Below the pieces are notes generated by a model that was not told the origin of the DNA, searched no databases, and saw only the letters and a program-made list of their open reading frames with translations. Shown one piece after another: positions 1-11,782 of a stretch of 64,000 bases of DNA. The position numbers were made by a program, and so were the translations under genes. Every line of letters begins with the position of its first letter. Within the stretch, counting starts at the first letter, position 1. This stretch comes from Eledone cirrhosa (Eukaryota). The stretch is from contig OZ024747.1 in NCBI GenBank assembly GCA_964016885.1, forward strand, positions 12,152,001 through 12,216,000, read 5' to 3'.

Positions 1-70
1 TATAGGAAAAGGTATGACCCCGACGGCAGAGCTCAAGCCGTTTCGACGGCTATTTCTGAACTAAATTAGA

Positions 71-109
<39 letters not shown>

Positions 110-258
110 CAGCATTAAACATCAGTTTTTTGCTTGCACTATATATACAGAGGGGTTTATAATAGTTGTACTGACTGAAGACAGGAACATTTAGCAGTGT
201 AGTAGAGTGTATACTATTTCTATAATTGGTACAAATTGAAGAGAGGAGCAGGCAACAG

Positions 259-384
<126 letters not shown>

Positions 385-389
385 ATAGA

Positions 390-560
390 AGATCACACCA
401 CCTAGCTTTGACTTTGGAGGCAGTCGATTAACTGCCCTTAGTTATGACATCAGTAGCTGAATACACACCAACTTGAAAAGAGTGTGTATTCAGCTACTGA
501 CGTCAGAACTAAGGGCAGTTAATTGCCTGCCTCCAAAGTCAAAGATAGGTGGCGTGATCT
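390..560. mobile_element. Fold-back element, ~78-bp imperfect inverted arms, between (TA)n/(TG)n tracts
   Basis: gatcacaccacctagctttgactttggaggcag...gctgaatacacac (391-468) is the reverse complement of gtgtgtattcagctact...ggtggcgtgatc (482-559), with a few mismatches. Confidence 0.7.
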
Positions 561-1204
561 ACATATATATATTTATTTATAGAGAGAGGAGTGAAGATAT
601 TTGACCAAGAGACTGTGGTACGAACCAGAAAGTTTTCAAAAAATAGCCAGTAGACACAACATTACAATAACATGCTACAAATATGATATATTAAGTGGTG
701 GTGTGTGGTGTGTGTGTGGTGTGGTGTGTGGTGCGTGTGTGGATTAAGAGCTTCCTTCAGTCATAACTGACCATGAGTTTGCACCTAGAAAGTTCCTCTC
801 AAAGGCACAATCATGGACATGGTGTTTAACGAAAGACCAGCAGTCACCCATACATACCATTCTCCCCTCCCCCATGCCACACATCTTGTCCAAGGGAAAG
901 GCAAAGGCTGATACAACTTGACAAGTATCATCAACAGATGAACTTAGAACGTGAGGGGCTGAAAGAGATACAAAGTATCATGCCCGAGACCAACAATTCT
1001 GCCAACCTACTGCCAGTGGACTGGTAATTTATCAACCCCAAAAGGCTGGAAGGCAAAGTTGACCTTGGTAGGTTTTTAACTCAGAGCAGAGAGACCCAGA
1101 ACAAATACTGCAAAGCATTTCCATCTGACACTCCAACAATTCTGCCAATTCAATACCTAGTGGATGTGTGCATATATATATATATATATGATTTCATTTT
1201 GATG

Positions 1205-1529
1205 ATTTCATTTTACGTCCGCTTTTCCCTGCTTGCAAGGGTGGGACGGGAACTGATTCTGGCTTGATTTCTACAGCTGGATGCCCTTCCTAACACCAAC
1301 CTCATTTACAGTGAGTGCTGGGTGCTTTTTTGCCGTGGCACCTCCACAACCCCTTTGCAGTGGAATGATATGGACCCCAGTCCTATCATCTCATTTCTAC
1401 AGCTGAGTAAACTGGAGCAATGTGAAATAAAGTGTCTTGCTCAAGGAAACAACACATCACCCGGTCTGAGAATTGAACTCACAACCTTTCGATTGCAAGG
1501 CCAATGCTCTAACCACTAAGCCATGTGCC
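1205..1529 (-). mobile_element. tRNA-derived SINE with RTE-like 3' tail (family copies at ~13230-13432, 24917-25125, 53795-54122, 62700-62963)
   Basis: Minus-strand head GGCACATGGCTTAGTGGTTAGAGC...GAGTTCAATTCTC with A/B-box-like motifs; tail GGAAAAGCGGACGTAAAATGAAAT(GAT)n; several near-identical dispersed copies. Confidence 0.85.
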
Positions 1530-1725
1530 TTTATATATATATATCCCTTCCATATACTGTACCGATTGTGTTGTTATTTCTGTTTACCTTTTACATATAT
1601 ATATATATATATATACACACACATACACACACACACACACACATATATATTGATATGTGTGTATGTGCACATATGCACGTTAATGTACATGTGTTTGAGT
1701 GTGTGAGTGTGTATAACATAAATAA

Positions 1726-2116
1726 CATAAATACATGAAAACATGCATCAGTGAACAAGCCATCTATCATTTCCTCACAGAAAAGACTACAATTGTGAGG
1801 TGACCTTGAAGTGACCTTGACATTAACATTAAACTAAGATCAATGATATATAAAGATGTCATAACATGAACCAGGCAGTTAGAGAGAGAGAGAGAACAGA
1901 GTGGTCAATACTGACCAGAGACTCAGTGTCAGACCAATACATTGGTCAAGTCACTCTTTACTTACCGTACGACCATGGCTGTCCACTATAGTAATCTACA
2001 CAATGAGAAAATGGGGTCTAGTGGTAACAATAGACTGTGGGAGGTTATAGAGACTGTGTGGGACTGGGGATAACAATAGGGGGACGTTTAACAGTTATGT
2101 AGAGTTAACAACAGTG
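1726..2116. repeat. ~390-bp near-identical duplicate of 11501-11904, containing the 30-nt exon cassette
   Basis: Direct comparison: the visible differences are (AG)n length with a short adjacent indel and two substitutions (gtaacaatag/gtaataatag, gggacgttta/gggacattta). Confidence 0.95.
1966..1995 (-). CDS. AFDN: Candidate 30-nt microexon, copy A (ITIVDSHGRT in phase 0)
   Basis: Same splice signals and sequence as 11753-11782. Confidence 0.6.
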
Positions 2117-2633
2117 GAAAGGTTAATAACAAAAAGAAGGTAACATACATTTAACAAGGGAAGGTTAACAACAGGAGTGGTTAGTAATTGGGAAAGTTTA
2201 ACAAAAGGAAGACATTTAATAATTAGGTAATGTTCAGAAAGGGGTTAACAATAGGGAGGTTGACAGACAGTATTTAACAACCGTGAAATTATGAACAGTG
2301 ACCAGATACAGGTACACCCCTGATTTTCCAGTGTCCTTGGTTCCAGACTGCTGCCAGATTATCTGTTTTGAAGGACAATATAATCACTCCCTAGAACTAT
2401 ATTACAAAGTTGATAACACTCTCCCTACACCACAACTATAATTGTATTAAGATGTAAATGTTTAAGATTATATTTAACATCATGTGTTAGCCTCCTAGCA
2501 TGAATTAACTAGTCTGGTGGAAGATGGTAAATTCAAGTAAGCATTCACTTATAATTACAACTGGATAAATAGATGTACTAAACCACCAGTTGCTGGAAAA
2601 TAGGTGTTATACCTGTAACATATATTTAACAGT

Positions 2634-3488
2634 GTTAACAACAGTGGGAAGGGTTAACAACAGTGGGAAGGGTTAACAACAGTGGGAAGGGTTAACAACA
2701 GTGGGAAGGGTTAACAACAGTGGGAAGGGTTAAGAACAGTGGGAAGGGTTAAGAACAGTGGGAAGGGTTAACAGCTGTGGGAAGGGTTAACAGCTGTGGG
2801 AAGGGTTAACAACAGTGGGAAGAGTTAACAGCAGTGGGAAGGGTTAACAGCTGTGGGAAGGGTTAACAACAGTGGGAAGGGTTAACAACAGTGGGAAGGG
2901 TTAACAACAGTGGGAAGGGTTAACAGCTGTGGGAAGGGTTAACAGCTGTGGGAAGGATTAACAGCTGTGGGAAGGGTTAACAGCTGTGGGAAGAGTTAAC
3001 AGCAGTGGGAAGGGTTAACAGCTGTGGGAAGGGTTAACAACAGTGGGAAGGGTTAACAACAGTGGGAAGGGTTAACAGCTGTGGGAAGGGTTAACAGCAG
3101 TGGGAAGGGTTAACAGTTGTGGGAAGGGTTAACAGCTGTGGGAAGGGTTAACAACAGTGGGAAGGGTTAACAGCAGTGGGAAGGGTTAACAACAGTGGGA
3201 AGGGTTAACAACAGTGGGAAGGGTTAACAGCAGTGGGAAGGGTTAACAACAGTGGGAAGGGTTAACAACAGTGGGAAGGGTTAACAGCTGTGGGAAGGGT
3301 TAACAGCAGTGGGAAGAGTTAAAAGCATTGGGAAGGATTAAGAACAGTGGGAAGGGTTAAGAACAGTGGGAAGGGTTAAGAACAGTGGGAAGGGTTAAGA
3401 ACAGTGGGAAGGGTCAACAACAGTGAGAAGGGTCAACAACAGTGGGAAGGGTCAACAACAGTGGGAAGGGTCAACAACAGTGGGAAGG
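2634..3488. repeat. Minisatellite, 19-bp unit GGGTTAACAACAGTGGGAA, ~45 copies
   Basis: Direct tandem periodicity with variants (aacaac/aacagc/aagaac). Confidence 0.97.
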
Positions 3489-3789
3489 AACATATAGGTA
3501 TTTTGTGTAACATTCTTTAGTGACAGGGGTGGGGGCAGGGGGCAGGAAATAGAGTGATACATGTGACAGGAAGGGAAAAGAAAGAGTAGAGGAGACAGAG
3601 ACAGTGAAAGTGAGATAGGAGGGAGAGAGGGTGAATGAATAGAAAAGAAGGAAAAGGTAGAGGAATGCCTAACAAGACATTCCAAGAAAAGATGGAGAGA
3701 TGAAGAGATAGACTAAGTTTTTTATGGTTATATTGGTCATACATTAGTGAAGATAGGAACAGGCAACAGTATGTAGTATCTTAAATATA

Positions 3790-6700
3790 CTAGTTACTAG
3801 TTCTATAGTTGGTACTAACTGAAAAGAGGTACAGGCAACAGTGCATGTAGAATCCTATATATACTAGTTCTATAGTCAGTACTAACAGAATGCAGGTGCA
3901 AGCAACAATGTACGGTGAATCCTATATATACCAGTTACTAGTTCTATAGTTGGTACTAACTGAAAAGAGGTACAGGCAACAGTGCATGTAGAATCCTATA
4001 TATACTAGTTCTATAGTCAGTACTAACAGAATGCAGGTGCAAGCAACAATGTACGGTGAATCCTATATATACCAGTTACTAGTTCTATAGTTGGTACTAA
4101 CTGAAAAGAGGTACAGGCAACAGTGCATGTAGAATCCTATATATACTAGTTCTATAGTCAGTACTAACAGAATGCAGGTGCAAGCAACAATGTACGGTGA
4201 ATCCTATATATACCAGTTACTAGTTCTATAGTTGGTACTAACTGAAAAGAGGTACAGGCAACAGTGCATGTAGAATCCTATATATACTAGTTCTATAGTC
4301 AGTACTAACAGAATGCAGGTGCAAGCAACAATGTACGGTGAATCCTATATATACCAGTTACTAGTTCTATAGTTGGTACTAACTGAAAAGAGGTACAGGC
4401 AACAGTGCATGTAGAATCCTATATATACTAGTTCTATAGTCAGTACTAACAGAATGCAGGTGCAAGCAACAATGTACGGTGAATCCTATATATACCAGTT
4501 ACTAGTTCTATAGTTGGTACTAACTGAAAAGAGGTACAGGCAACAGTGCATGTAGAATCCTATATATACTAGTTCTATAGTCAGTACTAACAGAATGCAG
4601 GTGCAAGCAACAATGTACGGTGAATCCTATATATACCAGTTACTAGTTCTATAGTTGGTACTAACTGAAAAGAGGTACAGGCAACAGTGCATGTAGAATC
4701 CTATATATACTAGTTCTATAGTCAGTACTAACAGAATGCAGGTGCAAGCAACAATGTACGGTGAATCCTATATATACCAGTTACTAGTTCTATAGTTGGT
4801 ACTAACTGAAAAGAGGTACAGGCAACAGTGCATGTAGAATCCTATATATACTAGTTCTATAGTCAGTACTAACAGAATGCAGGTGCAAGCAACAATGTAC
4901 GGTGAATCCTATATATACCAGTTACTAGTTCTATAGTTGGTACTAACTGAAAAGAGGTACAGGCAACAGTGCATGTAGAATCCTATATATACTAGTTCTA
5001 TAGTCAGTACTAACAGAATGCAGGTGCAAGCAACAATGTACGGTGAATCCTATATATACCAGTTACTAGTTCTATAGTTGGTACTAACTGAAAAGAGGTA
5101 CAGGCAACAGTGCATGTAGAATCCTATATATACTAGTTCTATAGTCAGTACTAACAGAATGCAGGTGCAAGCAACAATGTACGGTGAATCCTATATATAC
5201 CAGTTACTAGTTCTATAGTTGGTACTAACTGAAAAGAGGTACAGGCAACAGTGCATGTAGAATCCTATATATACTAGTTCTATAGTCAGTACTAACAGAA
5301 TGCAGGTGCAAGCAACAATGTACGGTGAATCCTATATATACCAGTTACTAGTTCTATAGTTGGTACTAACTGAAAAGAGGTACAGGCAACAGTGCATGTA
5401 GAATCCTATATATACTAGTTCTATAGTCAGTACTAACAGAATGCAGGTGCAAGCAACAATGTACGGTGAATCCTATATATACCAGTTACTAGTTCTATAG
5501 TTGGTACTAACTGAAAAGAGGTACAGGCAACAGTGCATGTAGAATCCTATATATACTAGTTCTATAGTCAGTACTAACAGAATGCAGGTGCAAGCAACAA
5601 TGTACGGTGAATCCTATATATACCAGTTACTAGTTCTATAGTTGGTACTAACTGAAAAGAGGTACAGGCAACAGTGCATGTAGAATCCTATATATACTAG
5701 TTCTATAGTCAGTACTAACAGAATGCAGGTGCAAGCAACAATGTACGGTGAATCCTATATATACCAGTTACTAGTTCTATAGTTGGTACTAACTGAAAAG
5801 AGGTACAGGCAACAGTGCATGTAGAATCCTATATATACTAGTTCTATAGTCAGTACTAACAGAATGCAGGTGCAAGCAACAATGTACGGTGAATCCTATA
5901 TATACCAGTTACTAGTTCTATAGTTGGTACTAACTGAAAAGAGGTACAGGCAACAGTGCATGTAGAATCCTATATATACTAGTTCTATAGTCAGTACTAA
6001 CAGAATGCAGGTGCAAGCAACAATGTACGGTGAATCCTATATATACCAGTTACTAGTTCTATAGTTGGTACTAACTGAAAAGAGGTACAGGCAACAGTGC
6101 ATGTAGAATCCTATATATACTAGTTCTATAGTCAGTACTAACAGAATGCAGGTGCAAGCAACAATGTACGGTGAATCCTATATATACCAGTTACTAGTTC
6201 TATAGTTGGTACTAACTGAAAAGAGGTACAGGCAACAGTGCATGTAGAATCCTATATATACTAGTTCTATAGTCAGTACTAACAGAATGCAGGTGCAAGC
6301 AACAATGTACGGTGAATCCTATATATACCAGTTACTAGTTCTATAGTTGGTACTAACTGAAAAGAGGTACAGGCAACAGTGCATGTAGAATCCTATATAT
6401 ACTAGTTCTATAGTCAGTACTAACAGAATGCAGGTGCAAGCAACAATGTACGGTGAATCCTATATATACCAGTTACTAGTTCTATAGTTGGTACTAACTG
6501 AAAAGAGGTACAGGCAACAGTGCATGTAGAATCCTATATATACTAGTTCTATAGTCAGTACTAACAGAATGCAGGTGCAAGCAACAATGTACGGTGAATC
6601 CTATATATACCAGTTACTAGTTCTATAGTTGGTACTAACTGAAAAGAGGTACAGGCAACAGTGCATGTAGAATCCTATATATACTAGTTCTATAGTCAGT

Positions 6701-7850
6701 ACTAACAGAATGCAGGTGCAAGCAACAATGTACGGTGAATCCTATATATACCAGTTACTAGTTCTATAGTTGGTACTAACTGAAAAGAGGTACAGGCAAC
6801 AGTGCATGTAGAATCCTATATATACTAGTTCTATAGTCAGTACTAACAGAATGCAGGTGCAAGCAACAATGTACAGTGAATCCTATATATACCAGTTACT
6901 AGTTCTATAGTTGGTACTAACTGAAAAGAGGTACAGGCAACAGTGCATGTAGAATCCTATATATACTAGTTCTATAGTCAGTACTAACAGAATGCAGGTG
7001 CAAGCAACAATGTACGGTGAATCCTATATATACCAGTTACTAGTTCTATAGTTGGTACTAACTGAAAAGAGGTACAGGCAACAGTGCATGTAGAATCCTA
7101 TATATACTAGTTCTATAGTCAGTACTAACAGAATGCAGGTGCAAGCAACAATGTACGGTGAATCCTATATATACCAGTTACTAGTTCTATAGTTGGTACT
7201 AACTGAAAAGAGGTACAGGCAACAGTGCATGTAGAATCCTATATATACTAGTTCTATAGTCAGTACTAACAGAATGCAGGTGCAAGCAACAATGTACGGT
7301 GAATCCTATATATACCAGTTACTAGTTCTATAGTTGGTACTAACTGAAAAGAGGTACAGGCAACAGTGCATGTAGAATCCTATATATACTAGTTCTATAG
7401 TCAGTACTAACAGAATGCAGGTGCAAGCAACAATGTACGGTGAATCCTATATATACCAGTTACTAGTTCTATAGTTGGTACTAACTGAAAAGAGGTACAG
7501 GCAACAGTGCATGTAGAATCCTATATATACTAGTTCTATAGTCAGTACTAACAGAATGCAGGTGCAAGCAACAATGTACAGTGAATCCTATATATACCAG
7601 TTACTAGTTCTATAGTTGGTACTAACTGAAAAGAGGTACAGGCAACAGTGCATGTAGAATCCTATATATACTAGTTCTATAGTCAGTACTAACAGAATGC
7701 AGGTGCAAGCAACAATGTACGGTGAATCCTATATATACCAGTTACTAGTTCTATAGTTGGTACTAACAGAACACAAGAGCAAGCAATAGTGTCTGGAGAA
7801 TCCTATATATACTAATTCTATAGTTGGTACTAACTGAAAAGAGAATCAGG
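3790..7850. repeat. Highly homogeneous 141-bp tandem satellite (~28 copies) built from two related ~70-bp subunits
   Basis: gaaaagagg recurs at 3821, 3962, 4103 and onward; both subunits share ctagttctatagt..gtactaac.gaa...gcaaca.tg...gaatcctatatata. Confidence 0.97.
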
Positions 7851-8284
7851 CAACAGTGTATGTAGAATATTATATATAGCAATTCAAATGATGGTACAAA
7901 CTTGAGACAGGAGGAAACAGCAGGTGTGTGTGTTTGTGTGTGTGTGTGGGTGTGTGTGTGTGCATGTGTGCGCGCACGCATGCATGTGTGTATCACCATA
8001 TAACATCAAATTTTCCACACTAGCATGGGTTAGATAAGTTGTCCGGTTGTGAGAAAAGTCTAATCAGATGACCATATCTTGCTCACACAGAATTGTTTCT
8101 AGCTTGGTGTCTAAGGCTGGATGCTCTTCCTAACACCAACCACATTTACAGTGTGGACTGGGTGCTTTTTGTTGTGGCACCAAAACAACGGGAGAGAGAG
8201 ACAGAGAGAGAGAGAAAGAGAGAGAAAGAGAGAGAAAGAAAGAGAGAGAAAGAAAGAGAGAGAAAGAGAGAGGGAGAAAGAGAG

Positions 8285-8329
<45 letters not shown>

Positions 8330-8467
8330 GAGAGAGAGAGAGAGAGAGTAACTTGTACTAGTTCTGTATTTTCTGAAAACATTCGACCAAAATTCAGTGA
8401 CAGAAATAGATAGATTTCAGAAAGTTTACTAAAAATTGACACAACATGACAATAAGATGCTATAAAT

Positions 8468-10760
8468 TATGTGTGTGGGAGTATGAGTATGTGTGTGGGA
8501 ACATGAGTATGTGTGTGGGAACATGAGTATGTGTGTGGGAGTATGAGTATGTGTGTGGGAGCATGAGTATGTGTGTGGGAACATGAGTATGTGTGTGTGG
8601 GAGCATGAGTATGTGTGTGGGAGCATGAGTATGTGTGTGGGAGCATGAGTATGTGTGTGGGAACATGAGTATGTGTGTGGGAGCATGAGTATGTGTGTGG
8701 GAACATGAGTATGTGTGTGGGAACATGAGTATGTGTGTGGGAGTATGAGTATGTGTGTGGGAGCATGAGTATGTGTGTGGGAGCATGAGTATGTGTGTGG
8801 GAGCATGAGTATGTGTGTGGGAGCATGAGTATGTGTGTGGGAGCATGAGTATGTGTGTGGGAGCATGAGTATGTGTGTGGGAGCATGAGTATGTGTGTGG
8901 GAACATGAGTATGTGTGTGGGAGTATGAGTATGTGTGTGGGAGCATGAGTATGTGTGTGGGAGCATGAGTATGTGTGTGGGAGCATGAGTATGTGTGTGG
9001 GAACATGAGTATGTGTGTGGGAACATGAGTATGTGTGTGGGAACATGAGTATGTGTGTGGGAGCATGAGTATGTGTGTGGGAGCATGAGTATGTGTGTGG
9101 GAGCATGAGTATGTGTGTGGGAGCATGAGTATGTGTGTGGGAGTATGAGTATGTGTGTGGGAGCATGAGTATGTGTGTGGGAGCATGAGTATGTGTGTGG
9201 GAGCATGAGTATGTGTGTGGGAGCATGAGTATGTGTGTGGGAACATGAGTATGTGTGTGGGAACATGAGTATGTGTGTGGGAGCATGAGTATGTGTGTGG
9301 GAACATGAGTATGTGTGTGGGAGCATGAGTATGTGTGTGGGAGCATGAGTATGTGTGTGGGAGCATGAGTATGTGTGTGGGAGCATGAGTATGTGTGTGG
9401 GAGCATGAGTATGTGTGTGGGAACATGAGTATGTGTGTGGGAGCATGAGTATGTGTGTGGGAGCATGAGTATGTGTGTGGGAGCATGAGTATGTGTGTGG
9501 GAGCATGAGTATGTGTGTGGGAACATGAGTATGTGTGTGGGAACATGAGTATGTGTGTGGGAACATGAGTATGTGTGTGGGAGCATGAGTATGTGTGTGG
9601 GAGCATGAGTATGTGTGTGGGAACATGAGTATGTGTGTGGGAGCATGAGTATGTGTGTGGGAACATGAGTATGTGTGTGGGAGCATGAGTATGTGTGTGG
9701 GAGCATGAGTATGTGTGTGGGAGCATGAGTATGTGTGTGGGAGCATGAGTATGTGTGTGGGAGCATGAGTATGTGTGTGGGAGCATGAGTATGTGTGTGG
9801 GAGCATGAGTATGTGTGTGGGAACATGAGTATGTGTGTGGGAGCATGAGTATGTGTGTGGGAACATGAGTATGTGTGTGGGAGCATGAGTATGTGTGTGG
9901 GAACATGAGTATGTGTGTGGGAACATGAGTATGTGTGTGGGAACATGAGTATGTGTGTGGGAGCATGAGTATGTGTGTGGGAACATGAGTATGTGTGTGG
10001 GAGCATGAGTATGTGTGTGGGAGCATGAGTATGTGTGTGGGAACATGAGTATGTGTGTGGGAGCATGAGTATGTGTGTGGGAGCATGAGTATGTGTGTGG
10101 GAGCATGAGTATGTGTGTGGGAGCATGAGTATGTGTGTGGGAGCATGAGTATGTGTGTGGGAGCATGAGTATGTGTGTGGGAGCATGAGTATGTGTGTGT
10201 GGGAGCATGAGTATGTGTGTGGGAGCATGAGTATGTGTGTGGGAGCATGAGTATGTGTGTGGGAGCATGAGTATGTGTGTGGGAGTATGAGTATGTGTGT
10301 GGGAACATGAGTATGTGTGTGGGAGCATGAGTATGTGTGTGGGAGCATGAGTATGTGTGTGGGAACATGAGTATGTGTGTGTGGGAGCATGAGTATGTGT
10401 GTGGGAGCATGAGTATGTGTGTGGGAGCATGAGTATGTGTGTGGGAGTATGAGTATGTGTGTGGGAACATGAGTATGTGTGTGGGAGCATGAGTATGTGT
10501 GTGGGAGTATGAGTATGTGTGTGGGAACATGAGTATGTGTGTGGGAGCATGAGTATGTGTGTGGGAGCATGAGTATGTGTGTGGGAGTATGAGTATGTGT
10601 GTGGGAACATGAGTATGTGTGTGGGAGCATGAGTATGTGTGTGGGAGCATGAGTATGTGTGTGGGAACATGAGTATGTGTGTGGGAGCATGAGTATGTGT
10701 GTGGGAGCATGAGTATGTGTGTGGGAGCATGAGTATGTGTGTGGGAACATGAGTATGTGT
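8468..10760. repeat. Minisatellite, 20-bp unit GAGCATGAGTATGTGTGTGG, ~114 copies
   Basis: Direct periodicity with gagca/gaaca/gagta variants; source of the spurious ~800-aa ORFs. Confidence 0.98.
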
Positions 10761-10802
10761 CTATGTGATATGTTGGAGGTGTATAGTATCTCATCCTCAT
10801 TA

Positions 10803-10985
10803 TTTGGCAGTATCGGTAGAGGGTCGGACGCCATGCTTTCCAGCATGGAGTTACGGCCCTTGCCATTCTGAGTTCAAATGCCGCCGAGGTTAACTTTGCT
10901 TTTCATCCTTACGGGGGTCGATAAAATAAAGTACCAGTCATGCACTGGGTAATTGCTGGCCTTGTGCCAAAAGTAGAAACAATTA
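10803..10985 (+). mobile_element. tRNA-derived SINE with Meta/RUDI-like central domain (other copies near 16393-16843 -, 17138-17315 -, 21985-22152 -, 29820-30755 + cluster, 31048-31230 -, 48400-48590 -, 50450-50845 +, 54490-54680 +, 56315-56505 -, 58900-59090 +)
   Basis: TGGCAGTATCGGTAGAG A-box-like and GAGTTCAAAT B-box-like motifs; family core GCCTTTCATCCTT.CGGGGTCGATAAAATAAAGTACCAG resembles the MetaSINE domain. Confidence 0.85.
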
Positions 10986-11752
10986 TTTAACATACCCTTT
11001 CCAAGTTGTCATAGATTAAACAGGTCAACACCGTCAAAACCTAGACAGGTTGGAAAACCATATTTTTCTCATACATTCAATATTTTGGCATAGTTTCAAC
11101 AGCTGGATACCTTTCCTAATGCAAATCACTTTATAGAGTGTACTAGGTATATTCTATTGTAGCATCAACACTAGAGAGGTTGTCAAGTCCTCAATAGAAC
11201 ATCTTGCTTATATGTGTCCATATTCTAGTATATACTGGGTATGTTTGATACTAGCACTAGTAAGGCTGTGATGCCCTTGACACAACTTACAGGATTCCTC
11301 ACTAAATTCTTTAACAAGGCATTGGTTAGCTCTTTTAGATGACAGCTCTCTGAGGTGCCACCAATAAAAAAAAAAATGATTTCAAACCAAATTACTTAAC
11401 CACATAGTTATCTTATACCTATATATATATATGTGTGTGAGCATGTCTGTGTGTGTGAGCATGTCTGTGTGTGTCTATGCATATGTATGTATATATGTGT
11501 CATAAATACATGAAAACATGCATCAGTGAACAAGCCATCTATCATTTCCTCACAGAAAAGACTACAATTGTGAGGTGACCTTGAAGTGACCTTGACATTA
11601 ACATTAAACTAAGATCAATGATATATAAAGATGTCATAACATGAACCAGGCAGTTAGAGAGAGAGAGAGAGAGAGAGAGACAACAGAGTGGTCAATACTG
11701 ACCAGAGACTCAGTGTCAGACCAATACATTGGTCAAGTCACTCTTTACTTAC

Positions 11753-11782
11753 CGTACGACCATGGCTGTCCACTATAGTAAT
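11753..11782 (-). CDS. AFDN: Candidate 30-nt microexon, copy B (ITIVDSHGRT in phase 0)
   Basis: cccattttctcattgtgtag|ATTACTATAGTGGACAGCCATGGTCGTACG|gtaagt; consensus donor, 3n length, no stop; identical to 1966-1995. Confidence 0.6.

Noticed and set aside
3790-7850. CRISPR-like appearance, and repeated TACTAAC (branch point/QKI) and TGCATG (Rbfox) motifs
   Set aside because: Units are identical with no unique spacers, in a eukaryotic context. The motifs are on the plus strand, antisense to the afadin transcript.
8429-10866. Three ~750-800-aa ORFs (HTYSCSHTHTHAPTHILMLP repeats)
   Set aside because: They arise from a stop-free 20-bp minisatellite open in all three minus frames within an intron; there is no evidence of coding function.
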